DNA of 63,095 bases, the filler included. It is 7 parts of 7 records of this genome, joined end to end, with 100 filler letters (N's around TTAATTAATTAA, not from the genome) between each part and the next. Parts side by side here need not be neighbours in the genome. Positions count along the whole stretch, not along the records: positions 39,762 to 58,706 come from SRR20825010_2472; 6 more parts are not named here. The stretch is one strand, 5' to 3'. Both the position numbers and the translations under genes were made by a program. A model generated the notes under the pieces. The model had not been told where the DNA came from and did no database searches. It saw only the letters and a program-made list of their open reading frames with translations. How positions within the stretch are numbered: the stretch's first letter is position 1; each line of letters begins with the position of its first letter. This document shows positions 42,235 through 51,552 of this stretch, piece by piece.

Positions 42235-44676
42235 ATGAATTTGATGTCTCCCACATTCGGCCATTGGCGTTTCCGAATCACACTCGCATTGTTCGCGGCA
42301 ATGCTCGGACAATCCGTGAATCGGACGGCAGTCTTTGCCCAGCAACCTCCCGAGCAACTCACCGAGTTCCTGGAACTGAACTGCACCTACTGTCACGATG
42401 CAGACACTCGGGAAGGTGACTTGGACCTGGATTCGTTGACTTTGGAACTGGCTGACCCAGATAACTTTCATCTTTGGGAACGAGTCTTCGATCGAATTCG
42501 CGAAGGCGAGATGCCACCGGATGAGGAACTGGATCCCGCGGAATCCAAACCGTTCCTGGCCAAACTGCATGGCATTCTCGATTCAGCCGACAACCATCGC
42601 ATCACAACCGAAGGCCGAGTCCCCGCCAGACGACTGACACGCACCCAATACGAACGCAATGTATGTGAGCTTTTGGCGATCGATGTGCCACTGCGAAGCT
42701 TCCTTCCCGAAGAATCACTCGCGAATGGTTTCGACACGGTCTCCAGCAGCCAACAATTATCGGATCATTCGCTTGCGGCGTATCTCGACGCGGCTGACTT
42801 CGCGTTGCAGACCGCTTTTGATCAATTGCTTTTGAATGACGCTTCGGCGGACGATGCCATCCAAACAATGCACTTGGATTGGACTCAACTTCGCCGCAAC
42901 GAACGACGAACGGATCGGGAACCTGAAGGCCGGCCTGATCACAAGGACATTGTTTCTTGGTCAAGCAGCCAAAACTTCTACGGCCGAATGCCAGCGACGT
43001 CGGTGCCCGCCACGGGACGTTACCGCGTGCGAGTGAAGGCACACTCGGTCAACACTCCCGATTTGGGACGGGTTTGGTGCAGCGTCAATAGCGGCGTCTG
43101 TTCGGGCAAAGCGTCCACGATGTACTGGATCGGAAGCATCGAGGCGACGGAAGAAACACAGGTCTACGAATTCAACGCCTGGATTCGCGAAGGACACATG
43201 CTTCAGATCGTTCCCAATGACCACGGCATCCGCCGAGTCGCCGCCAAGGCGGTTGATTCGAAACCGGGCGTGGTGGAGAAAATGGGCGTGTCCGGAATCG
43301 CGATCCAGTGGATCGAACTGGAACCGCTCGCAGACGATCGTGAGAAGATCAAAGAGTCCTTGATCGGAGATCTAAAACTTCGACCGATCGATGCCGCCAA
43401 CAAGAACCGCTTTAAAATCGTCTCCCCCAATCCCAAACGGGATCTGAAACGGCTCATTCAAACATTTGCCGAACGAGCCTATCGACAAGATGTCGAGCCG
43501 TCCGAGTTGGAAGCATTCTTCGAATTCGCCGAAGCAAAACGCCAATCCAGCCGTTCGATGGCCGAGGCACTACGAGCGGGCTATCGAGCGATCTTGTGCT
43601 CGTCACGATTCCTCTACTTCGATGAATCACCGGGCGTGCTTTCCGACGATGCTCTCGCGAATCGGTTGAGCCATTTTCTGTGGGGTCGAGCACCGGACGA
43701 GAAGCTTCGACAACTCGCCCATGCCGGCAAACTACACGAACCAGAAGTCTTGCGAACCCAAACAGAAAGACTACTCAACGACACGAAGTCGCAAGCTGCA
43801 ATCGAAGAATTCACCGACCAATGGTTGGAACTCTACGAACTCAACAGCACAACGCCTGATGGCAAACTGTACCCCGAATACGATCTCGTTCTGCATCAAT
43901 CGCTGCCGGATGAAACGCACGCGTTCGTTGCGGAACTGATTCGCGAGAATCTACCAGTGACGAATCTTGTGGATTCGGACTTCACTTTTTTGAACGAACG
44001 TTTGGCCCGCCACTACGGGATCAACTGGCCTGGCGGAACCGACCTAAAACGCATCTCAATCGACGACGATTGCCGGCGGGGTGGCATCATCACTCACGCC
44101 AGCGTTCTCAAAGTCACGGCCAATGGCACAACGACATCGCCAATCATTCGCGGTGTTTGGATGCTGGAAAAAATCATTGGCGAACATGTGCCCCCGCCGC
44201 CTGCAAACGTCCCGGCCGTCGAACCCGATATTCGAGGTGCAACATCGATCCGCGATCAACTCGACAAACACCGCAACATCGACAGCTGTGCCGCATGCCA
44301 CGTGAAAATTGATCCGCCCGGTTTTGCACTGGAAAGCTACGACGTGATTGGCGGGTGGCGAGAAAGCTACCGAGCGGTTTCTCCACAAAACCCCAGACGC
44401 TGGGTTCCCGGTCTGCCGATCGATCCGAGCCACGCTTTCACGAGCGGCGAAGCCTTCGACGATATCGAGGGACTGAAGTCCATCCTGGCTAATCATCCCG
44501 ATCAATTAGCGAAGAATATGGCGTCGCAGTTTGTTACCTACTCAACCGGTGCGGCACCAACGTTTGCCGACCGCGACGAATTGCAACGCATTGTTCAAGC
44601 CACCCAAACCGACGACTACGGAGTCCGATCACTTATCCACGAAGTGGTCCAAAGCCCGCTGTTCCAAAACAAATAG
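42235..44676 (+). CDS. Planctomycete cytochrome-c DUF1592/1588/1587/1595/1585 protein
   Basis: CTYCH, RRLT..QY, NERLARHYG, TSPIIRG, CAACH..IDPPGF. Confidence 0.9.
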   Translation: MNLMSPTFGHWRFRITLALFAAMLGQSVNRTAVFAQQPPEQLTEFLELNCTYCHDADTREGDLDLDSLTLELADPDNFHLWERVFDRIREGEMPPDEELDPAESKPFLAKLHGILDSADNHRITTEGRVPARRLTRTQYERNVCELLAIDVPLRSFLPEESLANGFDTVSSSQQLSDHSLAAYLDAADFALQTAFDQLLLNDASADDAIQTMHLDWTQLRRNERRTDREPEGRPDHKDIVSWSSSQNFYGRMPATSVPATGRYRVRVKAHSVNTPDLGRVWCSVNSGVCSGKASTMYWIGSIEATEETQVYEFNAWIREGHMLQIVPNDHGIRRVAAKAVDSKPGVVEKMGVSGIAIQWIELEPLADDREKIKESLIGDLKLRPIDAANKNRFKIVSPNPKRDLKRLIQTFAERAYRQDVEPSELEAFFEFAEAKRQSSRSMAEALRAGYRAILCSSRFLYFDESPGVLSDDALANRLSHFLWGRAPDEKLRQLAHAGKLHEPEVLRTQTERLLNDTKSQAAIEEFTDQWLELYELNSTTPDGKLYPEYDLVLHQSLPDETHAFVAELIRENLPVTNLVDSDFTFLNERLARHYGINWPGGTDLKRISIDDDCRRGGIITHASVLKVTANGTTTSPIIRGVWMLEKIIGEHVPPPPANVPAVEPDIRGATSIRDQLDKHRNIDSCAACHVKIDPPGFALESYDVIGGWRESYRAVSPQNPRRWVPGLPIDPSHAFTSGEAFDDIEGLKSILANHPDQLAKNMASQFVTYSTGAAPTFADRDELQRIVQATQTDDYGVRSLIHEVVQSPLFQNK

Positions 44677-44681
44677 ATCAC

Positions 44682-45974
44682 ATGAAATCCAAATCGTTCG
44701 CGAAGAACCAATCGCTGTCTCGTCGCACCGTTCTGCGAGGTGCAGGTGTCACCATGGCATTGCCTTGGTTGGATTCCATGGTGCCCGCGTTCGGGCGGGA
44801 AACTGATTCGGTGGCCAACCCGCCCCGTCGATTCGTCGGCATCAGCAACGCGCTCGGGTTCCATGCCCCGTTTCTTTTTCCTGAAAAAAGTGGACGTGAC
44901 TACGAAACGACTCGCTATCTAAAGCCTATCGAGGACCTACGCGACCAATTCACCGTGATCTCGGGCTCGTCCCACCCTGGCGTCGGCGGCGGCCACAAAG
45001 CCGAGCCGTGTATTCTCTCAGCGGCACCCTACAGCGGATCGAACTTTCGAAACACGATTTCGCTCGACCAATTGATGGTCCGCGAACAAGGCGAAATGAC
45101 AAGATTCCCATCGCTGGTTCTCAGTGCCAACGGAACAACGAGCACGTCGTACACAGCCAACGGTTCGATGATCCCACCGATCAATTCGCCGCAAAAATTG
45201 TTTGCGCAGCTCTTTATCGACGACAGCCCCGCGGCACAGCGAGCCCAAGAACAACGGATTCGCGAAGGCCGCAGCATCATGGATTTGGTTGCTGCCGAAG
45301 CCAAAACGATGCAGCGCCGACTTGGACCGACCGACCGAGACAAACTGAACGCTTACTTCACCAGCGTTCGCGATTTGGAACGCCGGCTGGAAATGAACCA
45401 GGGGTGGTCCAAACGCGCCAAACCAAAGGTCAACGAACAAACGCCGGATCCGGTGTCTGACAACAGCCACACAATCGCGAAACAGTCTGCCATGCATGAC
45501 GTGATCTACTTGGCCATTCAAACCGATAGCACACGGTTCATCACCATGCACACCGATGGTGGAGGCGAACGCGTGCCGCTGGCGGGCGTCGAACAGGGCT
45601 ATCACCAACTCAGCCACCACGGTCGCGATGAAGAAAAGATCACACAACTTGGAATCATCGAAGAAGCCCAAATGCAATCTTGGGGCAACCTGGTGCGGCG
45701 AATGCACGAAACTCAAGAAGGCAACGGAACCTTGCTTGACCACACGATGCTGTTGTTAACCTCCAACCTGGGCAACGCGTCATCCCACGACACCAAAAAC
45801 ATGCCCGTCATCGTCGCCGGCGGTGGATTTCGCCACGGACAGCACTTGGCATTTGACAAAGCGAACAACTACCCACTGCCCAACTTGTACACGTCAATGC
45901 TGCAACGTCTAGATATCGAAGTCGATTCCTTCGCCAGCGCCACCGGCACGATGCGAGGCCTCGATTTCGCCTGA
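44682..45974 (+). CDS. DUF1552 (HXXSHH) Tat-exported protein
   Basis: SRRTVLRGAG...LPWLDSM, HQLSHH. Confidence 0.9.
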   Translation: MKSKSFAKNQSLSRRTVLRGAGVTMALPWLDSMVPAFGRETDSVANPPRRFVGISNALGFHAPFLFPEKSGRDYETTRYLKPIEDLRDQFTVISGSSHPGVGGGHKAEPCILSAAPYSGSNFRNTISLDQLMVREQGEMTRFPSLVLSANGTTSTSYTANGSMIPPINSPQKLFAQLFIDDSPAAQRAQEQRIREGRSIMDLVAAEAKTMQRRLGPTDRDKLNAYFTSVRDLERRLEMNQGWSKRAKPKVNEQTPDPVSDNSHTIAKQSAMHDVIYLAIQTDSTRFITMHTDGGGERVPLAGVEQGYHQLSHHGRDEEKITQLGIIEEAQMQSWGNLVRRMHETQEGNGTLLDHTMLLLTSNLGNASSHDTKNMPVIVAGGGFRHGQHLAFDKANNYPLPNLYTSMLQRLDIEVDSFASATGTMRGLDFA

Positions 45975-46055
45975 TCACCAAACGGCGTCCGATCGCTTGC
46001 AAAACGCTTGGGCAATCATCAAAGACTACTTGCCAGTGAGACTCGCAATCGCGAC

Positions 46056-47687
46056 TCACTGCAAATACTGATGCACGCAAGTGATCGCCAACGCCCCGTC
46101 ACCCACCGCGAACGCACACCGCTTGGTCGTTCCGCTTCGAACATCACCGCAAGCGAACACACCCGGGCTGGTTGTTTCCAATTCGCAAGGCGTGCGTCCT
46201 TCCGGCAGTTTGTCGTGGTGATGGATCATCGGACCCGTCATCACAAAGCCGCGGTCGTCCAAAGCCACCGAATCAGGTAACCATTCGGTGTGAGGCTTCG
46301 CACCGACAAAGATGAACGCCGATGGACAATCCAACGTCGCGCGTTCTTCGGTTTGGTTGTTTCGAATTTCAACGCGTTCCAAATGCTTGTCGCCCGCCAT
46401 CTCGCAGATCTCGGTGTGACACATCACATCAATGTTCGATTGTTTTTCGATCCGATCCGCCAAGTAACTCGACATGCCTTTGCGAAGATCGTTCCCGCGA
46501 AGAAGCAAACGGACGTCGTCGGCATGTTGCGACAAAAACATCGCTGCTTGCCCGGCCGAGTTTCCGCCTCCGACCACGACCGCGGTCGATTCTCGGCACA
46601 GTCTCGCCTCGACGGATGTGGCGGAGTAGTACACACCCATGCCTTCAAACCGTTCACAAGCGTCCAGAGGCAATCGTTGATAGGACGCTCCAGTCGCGAT
46701 CAAAACGGTGCGTGTTCGAACCTTTTGGCCGGTGCAAAAGCTGACGACGTGAACACCCTTGTCGTCTCGCACGATCGACGCGACAGAAACCGGTGCGGTG
46801 AACTGTGCCCCAAACTTCAACGCTTGCAGATACCCGCGATTGGCCAGATCTGCACCGGTCAAACCCGAGGGAAACCCCATGTAGTTTTCAATTCGCGAAC
46901 TTTGTCCCGCTTGGCCGCCAGGTCCCATTCGATCAACAACCAATGTTCGCAAACCTTCGGATGCTCCATAAACCGCCGCGGCTAAACCAGCTGGTCCCGC
47001 GCCGACGATCAACACATCGTAAAGCTCATCAGGAATGTCGCGACAAATCCCCAAACACTCGGCAACATCGGCGAGCGATGGTTTGCGGACCACACGCTTG
47101 CCGCATCCCAACACCGGAGTTTCATTTTCGGCAACGTCCCACTCACGCAGCAACTCCTTGCCCGCGTCGGTGTCCGTGTCAAACAGAGTGTGAGGAACTT
47201 TGTTCTTGTAGAAAAACTCTTGCAGGTGCACCGTCTCTTTCGAGTGACTCGATCCCGCCAAACGAATCCCCAAAAATCCAGACGCTTCCAACCGTGCACG
47301 ACGCAGCTGAAACGCGTCGAGCAATTTGTCGCTCAAACTTGGGATTTCTCCCAGCATGCGGCGGATACGACAGGCCGTCACTTCGATCGTTTCACAATCA
47401 CCCCTGGCAACCGCGCTGATCACCGCGGGGCGTCCGGTGAGCAAATCGACATCACCGGCGAACGAATTGGCCTCGTGCAAAGCGACCTCGCGAGGTTCGC
47501 CGTGAGAATGATCCAAGATGCTGACCGCACCCGATTTGATCGCAAAAAAGGAATAATCCATTTCGCCGAGATCAAACAGTTGCTCGCCATCGGAGAACTG
47601 GCGAACAGTTCCAATGTCTTCCAGACAGGCCAACTCTTCCTCGGTCAAACGAGGAAACGCTGCGTTGTCAGACGATTCGTGAAGCAT
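46056..47687 (-). CDS. cNMP-binding domain / thioredoxin-reductase-like FAD oxidoreductase
   Basis: N-terminal Crp-type domain, GAGPAG, IENYMGFP, GGGNSAGQAA, GDVRSG. Confidence 0.88.
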   Translation of the reverse strand: MLHESSDNAAFPRLTEEELACLEDIGTVRQFSDGEQLFDLGEMDYSFFAIKSGAVSILDHSHGEPREVALHEANSFAGDVDLLTGRPAVISAVARGDCETIEVTACRIRRMLGEIPSLSDKLLDAFQLRRARLEASGFLGIRLAGSSHSKETVHLQEFFYKNKVPHTLFDTDTDAGKELLREWDVAENETPVLGCGKRVVRKPSLADVAECLGICRDIPDELYDVLIVGAGPAGLAAAVYGASEGLRTLVVDRMGPGGQAGQSSRIENYMGFPSGLTGADLANRGYLQALKFGAQFTAPVSVASIVRDDKGVHVVSFCTGQKVRTRTVLIATGASYQRLPLDACERFEGMGVYYSATSVEARLCRESTAVVVGGGNSAGQAAMFLSQHADDVRLLLRGNDLRKGMSSYLADRIEKQSNIDVMCHTEICEMAGDKHLERVEIRNNQTEERATLDCPSAFIFVGAKPHTEWLPDSVALDDRGFVMTGPMIHHHDKLPEGRTPCELETTSPGVFACGDVRSGTTKRCAFAVGDGALAITCVHQYLQ

Positions 47688-47817
47688 GGATGTGATCCGA
47701 ACGGATAAGGAGAATTCTTAGTTCGCCCCAGTAGACCAAATTTTGACCGATTAAAATCCCCGCCGCAGAACCAGCCAATCAACTCAATTTTGACTGCGTG
47801 ACTCTGCAATCCGAGGG

Positions 47818-48108
47818 TCAAACAATCTGCGTCATCTCATAGATTTGAATGCCTTCAACTGCTCCTTCGGTTGCCGCACCGAAGTCCTTGAGCGGCTGGC
47901 CGGCGGAGTGTTGCTGCCACAATTCACGCGATTCCCAATTTTCATAGAACATGAAATGAGCTGGGTTTTCGTTATCTTGGTGCAAGTCGTAATTCACGCA
48001 GCCTTCTTCCTTCAGCGTCGGAGGAATCAGCTTTAGCAATTCGCTTTTGACGAGTTCGACTTGGTCTTTTTTCGAGGTGATGTGCGCAACGATGGTCAGA
48101 TTTGCCAT
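47818..48108 (-). CDS. ABM-family putative quinol monooxygenase
   Basis: T..EEGC.NYDLHQD, F.FYENW, H. Confidence 0.88.
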   Translation of the reverse strand: MANLTIVAHITSKKDQVELVKSELLKLIPPTLKEEGCVNYDLHQDNENPAHFMFYENWESRELWQQHSAGQPLKDFGAATEGAVEGIQIYEMTQIV

Positions 48109-48167
48109 GAGAATCCAATCAGAGTTTGAGATTTTCACCGACGGACAATCCGCGGTGCAAGAGAGTT

Positions 48168-49901
48168 TCAGCCGCCGACTTCGGCCAACCTTTTCGCGAA
48201 GGCTTCGTAAGGCAGCGTGTTGGCGACATCCGCCGCGGTCAGTCCCCCACGGCGTGCTTGTCGGATGCCATACCGCATCACCCACAAACCATCGGTGACG
48301 TGTGCGTCGGTGTTGATCACAATCGGAATGCCGCGTTTCTTGGCCGCAGACAAGTGCACATCGTTCAAATCCAACCGAGCCGGATTCGCATTCAGTTCTA
48401 GAAACTTGTTGTTCTCTTTCGCGGCTTGCATCACCGCATCCATGTCCACGTCGTAGGCCTCACGGCGATTCAAGATTCGACCGGTTGGGTGAGCGATGCA
48501 GTCGACGTGCGGGTTTTCAATCGCTCCCAAAATCCGATCGGTGATTTGGTCTCGTGGCTGTTTCTGACCATAGTGAACACTGCCGAGAATCCAATCGCCC
48601 TGTTCCAACACCTCATCGGGCAAATCCATGCCACCGGCCTCGAGGATGTCGCACTCGATGCCCTTCAAAATCACCAAACGACCTTCGTACTTCGGACGGA
48701 TCTCGTCGATGATCTCCCATTGCTTCAGCAAACGTTCGGCGTCCAGTCCGCCGGCCATCGTGACACGTTTGCTGTGATCCGTGATCGCGATGTATTTCAA
48801 TCCTCGCTCGATCGCCGCATCGGCCATCTCGGCAATCGTGTTTTGACCATCCGTTGCCGATGTGTGCATGTGCAAGTCACCTAGCACATCATCGGTGTCG
48901 ATCAGATTCGGCAACGAGTCGGATTTGGCCCAATCGAATTCGTTTCGATCCTCACGCAACTCCGGTGCAATCCATGGCAAACCGATCGACTGATAAACGT
49001 CCTCTTCCGTCGCACCGGCCACACGAGATTCATCATCGAGTTTGAAGACACCGTACTCGTTGATCTTCAACCCGTGATCCTTCGCGATTCGCCGCACGTG
49101 AATGTTGTGAGCTTGACTGCCGGTGAAGTACTGCAGAGCGGCGCCAAACTCCTCTGCATCGACCAACCGCATGTCGACTTGGAAAGCTTTGCCAACTCGA
49201 ATCGACATCTTCGTATCGCCACGTCCGATGACAGAAACCAATCCAGGAAAATTCGCGAGGTGATCCATTGCCGCTTCTCGGTCGGATGCGACGGCTAGCA
49301 AATCCAAATCGCCGACCGTGTCGCGACCTCGTCGATAGCTGCCTGCCCACTCCATCTGCTCGATCGCATCGCACGCCTGCACGTGCTTGCCAATCTCTCG
49401 AGTCAGGTCATCCGCCTTGGACCAGTAAATTCGTTCCGAAGCGGCTTTCGCAATCGCCATTCCGTCCAGAATCGCGGCCTCGGTTTTTTTGGCAAAACCT
49501 TTCAGACTTGCTACACGGCCTTCGCGGCAGGCGGCTGCCAAATCTTCCAGTGATTCAATCCCCAATTCTTCGCGAAGCTTGCTGGCCTTTTTCGCCCCCA
49601 GCCCCGGAATTCGAGACATTTGGATGACGACCTCAGGAACGGCTTCGCGGAGTTCTTCCAACTGAGGGAGCGAGCCGGTTTCGAGCAGAACCTTCGTTTT
49701 TTCCGCGATCGTTTTGCCGATCCCCGGCAACTTGGACAGATCCCGCTCGGGGTCCGAGGCCAAATTCGCGATCGGTTCGTCAAGGTCGCGGATGGCGCGA
49801 GCACCGTTTTGATAGGCGCGAATACGGAATGGATTTTCGCCCCGAAACTCGAGCAGCTCAGCGAGCTCTTCGAAGACGGCGGCAACGGCGGAATTGTCCA
49901 T
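48168..49901 (-). CDS. polX: DNA polymerase X / PHP 3'-5' exonuclease
   Basis: GSYRR, GDLD, FTGS..HN, DLHMHT, TDHS, HPTGR, TDAH. Confidence 0.95.
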   Translation of the reverse strand: MDNSAVAAVFEELAELLEFRGENPFRIRAYQNGARAIRDLDEPIANLASDPERDLSKLPGIGKTIAEKTKVLLETGSLPQLEELREAVPEVVIQMSRIPGLGAKKASKLREELGIESLEDLAAACREGRVASLKGFAKKTEAAILDGMAIAKAASERIYWSKADDLTREIGKHVQACDAIEQMEWAGSYRRGRDTVGDLDLLAVASDREAAMDHLANFPGLVSVIGRGDTKMSIRVGKAFQVDMRLVDAEEFGAALQYFTGSQAHNIHVRRIAKDHGLKINEYGVFKLDDESRVAGATEEDVYQSIGLPWIAPELREDRNEFDWAKSDSLPNLIDTDDVLGDLHMHTSATDGQNTIAEMADAAIERGLKYIAITDHSKRVTMAGGLDAERLLKQWEIIDEIRPKYEGRLVILKGIECDILEAGGMDLPDEVLEQGDWILGSVHYGQKQPRDQITDRILGAIENPHVDCIAHPTGRILNRREAYDVDMDAVMQAAKENNKFLELNANPARLDLNDVHLSAAKKRGIPIVINTDAHVTDGLWVMRYGIRQARRGGLTAADVANTLPYEAFAKRLAEVGG

Positions 49902-49946
49902 GGGAACGATTCGAACAAAGGCTTCTCGGGCGGTCAACAGAAGCCA

Positions 49947-50741
49947 TCATTCGACGCCGGAGACGCTTTTCTTGCAATGGTGTGGCCAACTCATGGTCAC
50001 CTTGGTTCCTGATTGCCCATCGGATTCCATTTGCAACGATCCCGACAACGCGTCAATCACCAACGTCGCCACCGTCAATCCCAATCCGGCCCCATCGCGT
50101 CGATCTTTTCCCGTTCCGAGACACTCAAACGGTTCGCAGATTTTTTCCGCGTACTGGGTGTCAAACCCAACACCGTTGTCTTGAATGGCAACCGATGTGA
50201 CGTCACTCGTTTTGCTAATTGCGACGATCACCTGCAGCGGTCTTGGTTCCGCTTTGAAGATCAATGCATTGCGAAGCAGTTGCGTCATCGGAATTTCCAT
50301 CAATTCACGCAGCACGCACGTCTTTGTGTCGCCTTGAATTGTCAAAGCGGCAACATCGCCGCCGATGCGTTGCCAAATATCAGCGATCAATTCCGCAACG
50401 CTGTATTCGTCCCCACCATAACGTTGGCTGGGATCCTTCGACGTCGAGTGCAATAACTCGATACACTTCATGTGCAACGACACCATTTGGGTCAATTGCT
50501 GCATGCGTTCGGCAGCTGTGCGAACGGTTTGCAGTGAACGACGCGCGTCATCCAAATCCAAAGGCTCCGTCAACGCTTCGTCAACAAACCCTGAAAAGAA
50601 CGCCACGTGCCGTGTCGGTGCACTCAAGTCGTGCATCAAACGTCGCAAATACTTCGTGTTGATGACCGGGCCGGACGATTCCTCTGACGACTCCGTCAAA
50701 GAGTGAACGGTTGATCCATCGGACAGGGGTTCAAGAGACAT
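49947..50741 (-). CDS. Sensor-less histidine kinase
   Basis: HDLSAP H-box, LLRNA, DNGVG, GAGLGL. Confidence 0.8.
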   Translation of the reverse strand: MSLEPLSDGSTVHSLTESSEESSGPVINTKYLRRLMHDLSAPTRHVAFFSGFVDEALTEPLDLDDARRSLQTVRTAAERMQQLTQMVSLHMKCIELLHSTSKDPSQRYGGDEYSVAELIADIWQRIGGDVAALTIQGDTKTCVLRELMEIPMTQLLRNALIFKAEPRPLQVIVAISKTSDVTSVAIQDNGVGFDTQYAEKICEPFECLGTGKDRRDGAGLGLTVATLVIDALSGSLQMESDGQSGTKVTMSWPHHCKKSVSGVE

Positions 50742-51414
50742 ATTTAGCACTCCGGCGAATCAGGGTTTCTTTCCAAGCTTCTGACAAACTTTGGCATCCA
50801 GCCAACCGAAGATCCGCCATCGCGTCGCGAGGTTTTGCAAACAAAATATTGTTGGCCACATCGACGGTGAACTCAGGGTGAGGCCGCTGAATCAACTTCA
50901 ACGTTTGGCCGGCCTGCACTTTCCCACTATGCAATACCCGCATGTACCATCCGGTCCGCCGCGTTGCTTGTACTCGCACCGCCAACTTAGGGAGGCCCCA
51001 ACGCTGAGACAACTTCCAACACGGCTCTCGAGGCTGTGAAACTTGCAGGCGCAGACCATCAGCATTCGCAGATTGGCACTCAAAAACGTCGCCAATGCAG
51101 ACTTCTGACTCGAGCAATCCGGCAAGAGTCAGGTTTTCACCAAACGCACCGGACCCCCAATTGATCTCAGAAAATTCATCTTTCCAAAATGAATAATGTG
51201 ATTCGCAGTAGCCCAAAACTGCCTTGTCGACTCCGCCGTGATGGACCTTGTCCGCCTGTTCGTCTCCTTCGAGTCCCAATTCAGCAACGGGAACAGGTCC
51301 GGATACAACACTTTTTTCGATCGCGGAATTCCAGGGTCGATCTGGATCGCCATCTTTGAGAAAAGTCCGGCATGCCCCAATCTGAACAGAAACAATTCGC
51401 AACGAATCGCTCAT
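50731..51414 (-). CDS. MOSC domain protein (YiiM-like)
   Basis: GDEQAD..HHGG.DKAV, FGENL, QPREPCWKL, RTGWY.RV. Confidence 0.92.
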   Translation of the reverse strand: MSDSLRIVSVQIGACRTFLKDGDPDRPWNSAIEKSVVSGPVPVAELGLEGDEQADKVHHGGVDKAVLGYCESHYSFWKDEFSEINWGSGAFGENLTLAGLLESEVCIGDVFECQSANADGLRLQVSQPREPCWKLSQRWGLPKLAVRVQATRRTGWYMRVLHSGKVQAGQTLKLIQRPHPEFTVDVANNILFAKPRDAMADLRLAGCQSLSEAWKETLIRRSAKYVS

Positions 51415-51552
51415 CGCGAGCCCCCTCTTGCACACGGCAACAATCATTGTCGGTAATCTGTCCGGCAACCCACCTTGGACGTGATGCCCTTCGCCCAATA
51501 GCTTGGCCCTATCCTACCGTTTGATCCCTTCCTCTTCGATCCGTCTACTGCC

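Noticed and set aside
48168-49901. Catalytically dead PolX variant
   Set aside because: GDLD and the third Asp (QVDMR) are intact, so it looks canonical.
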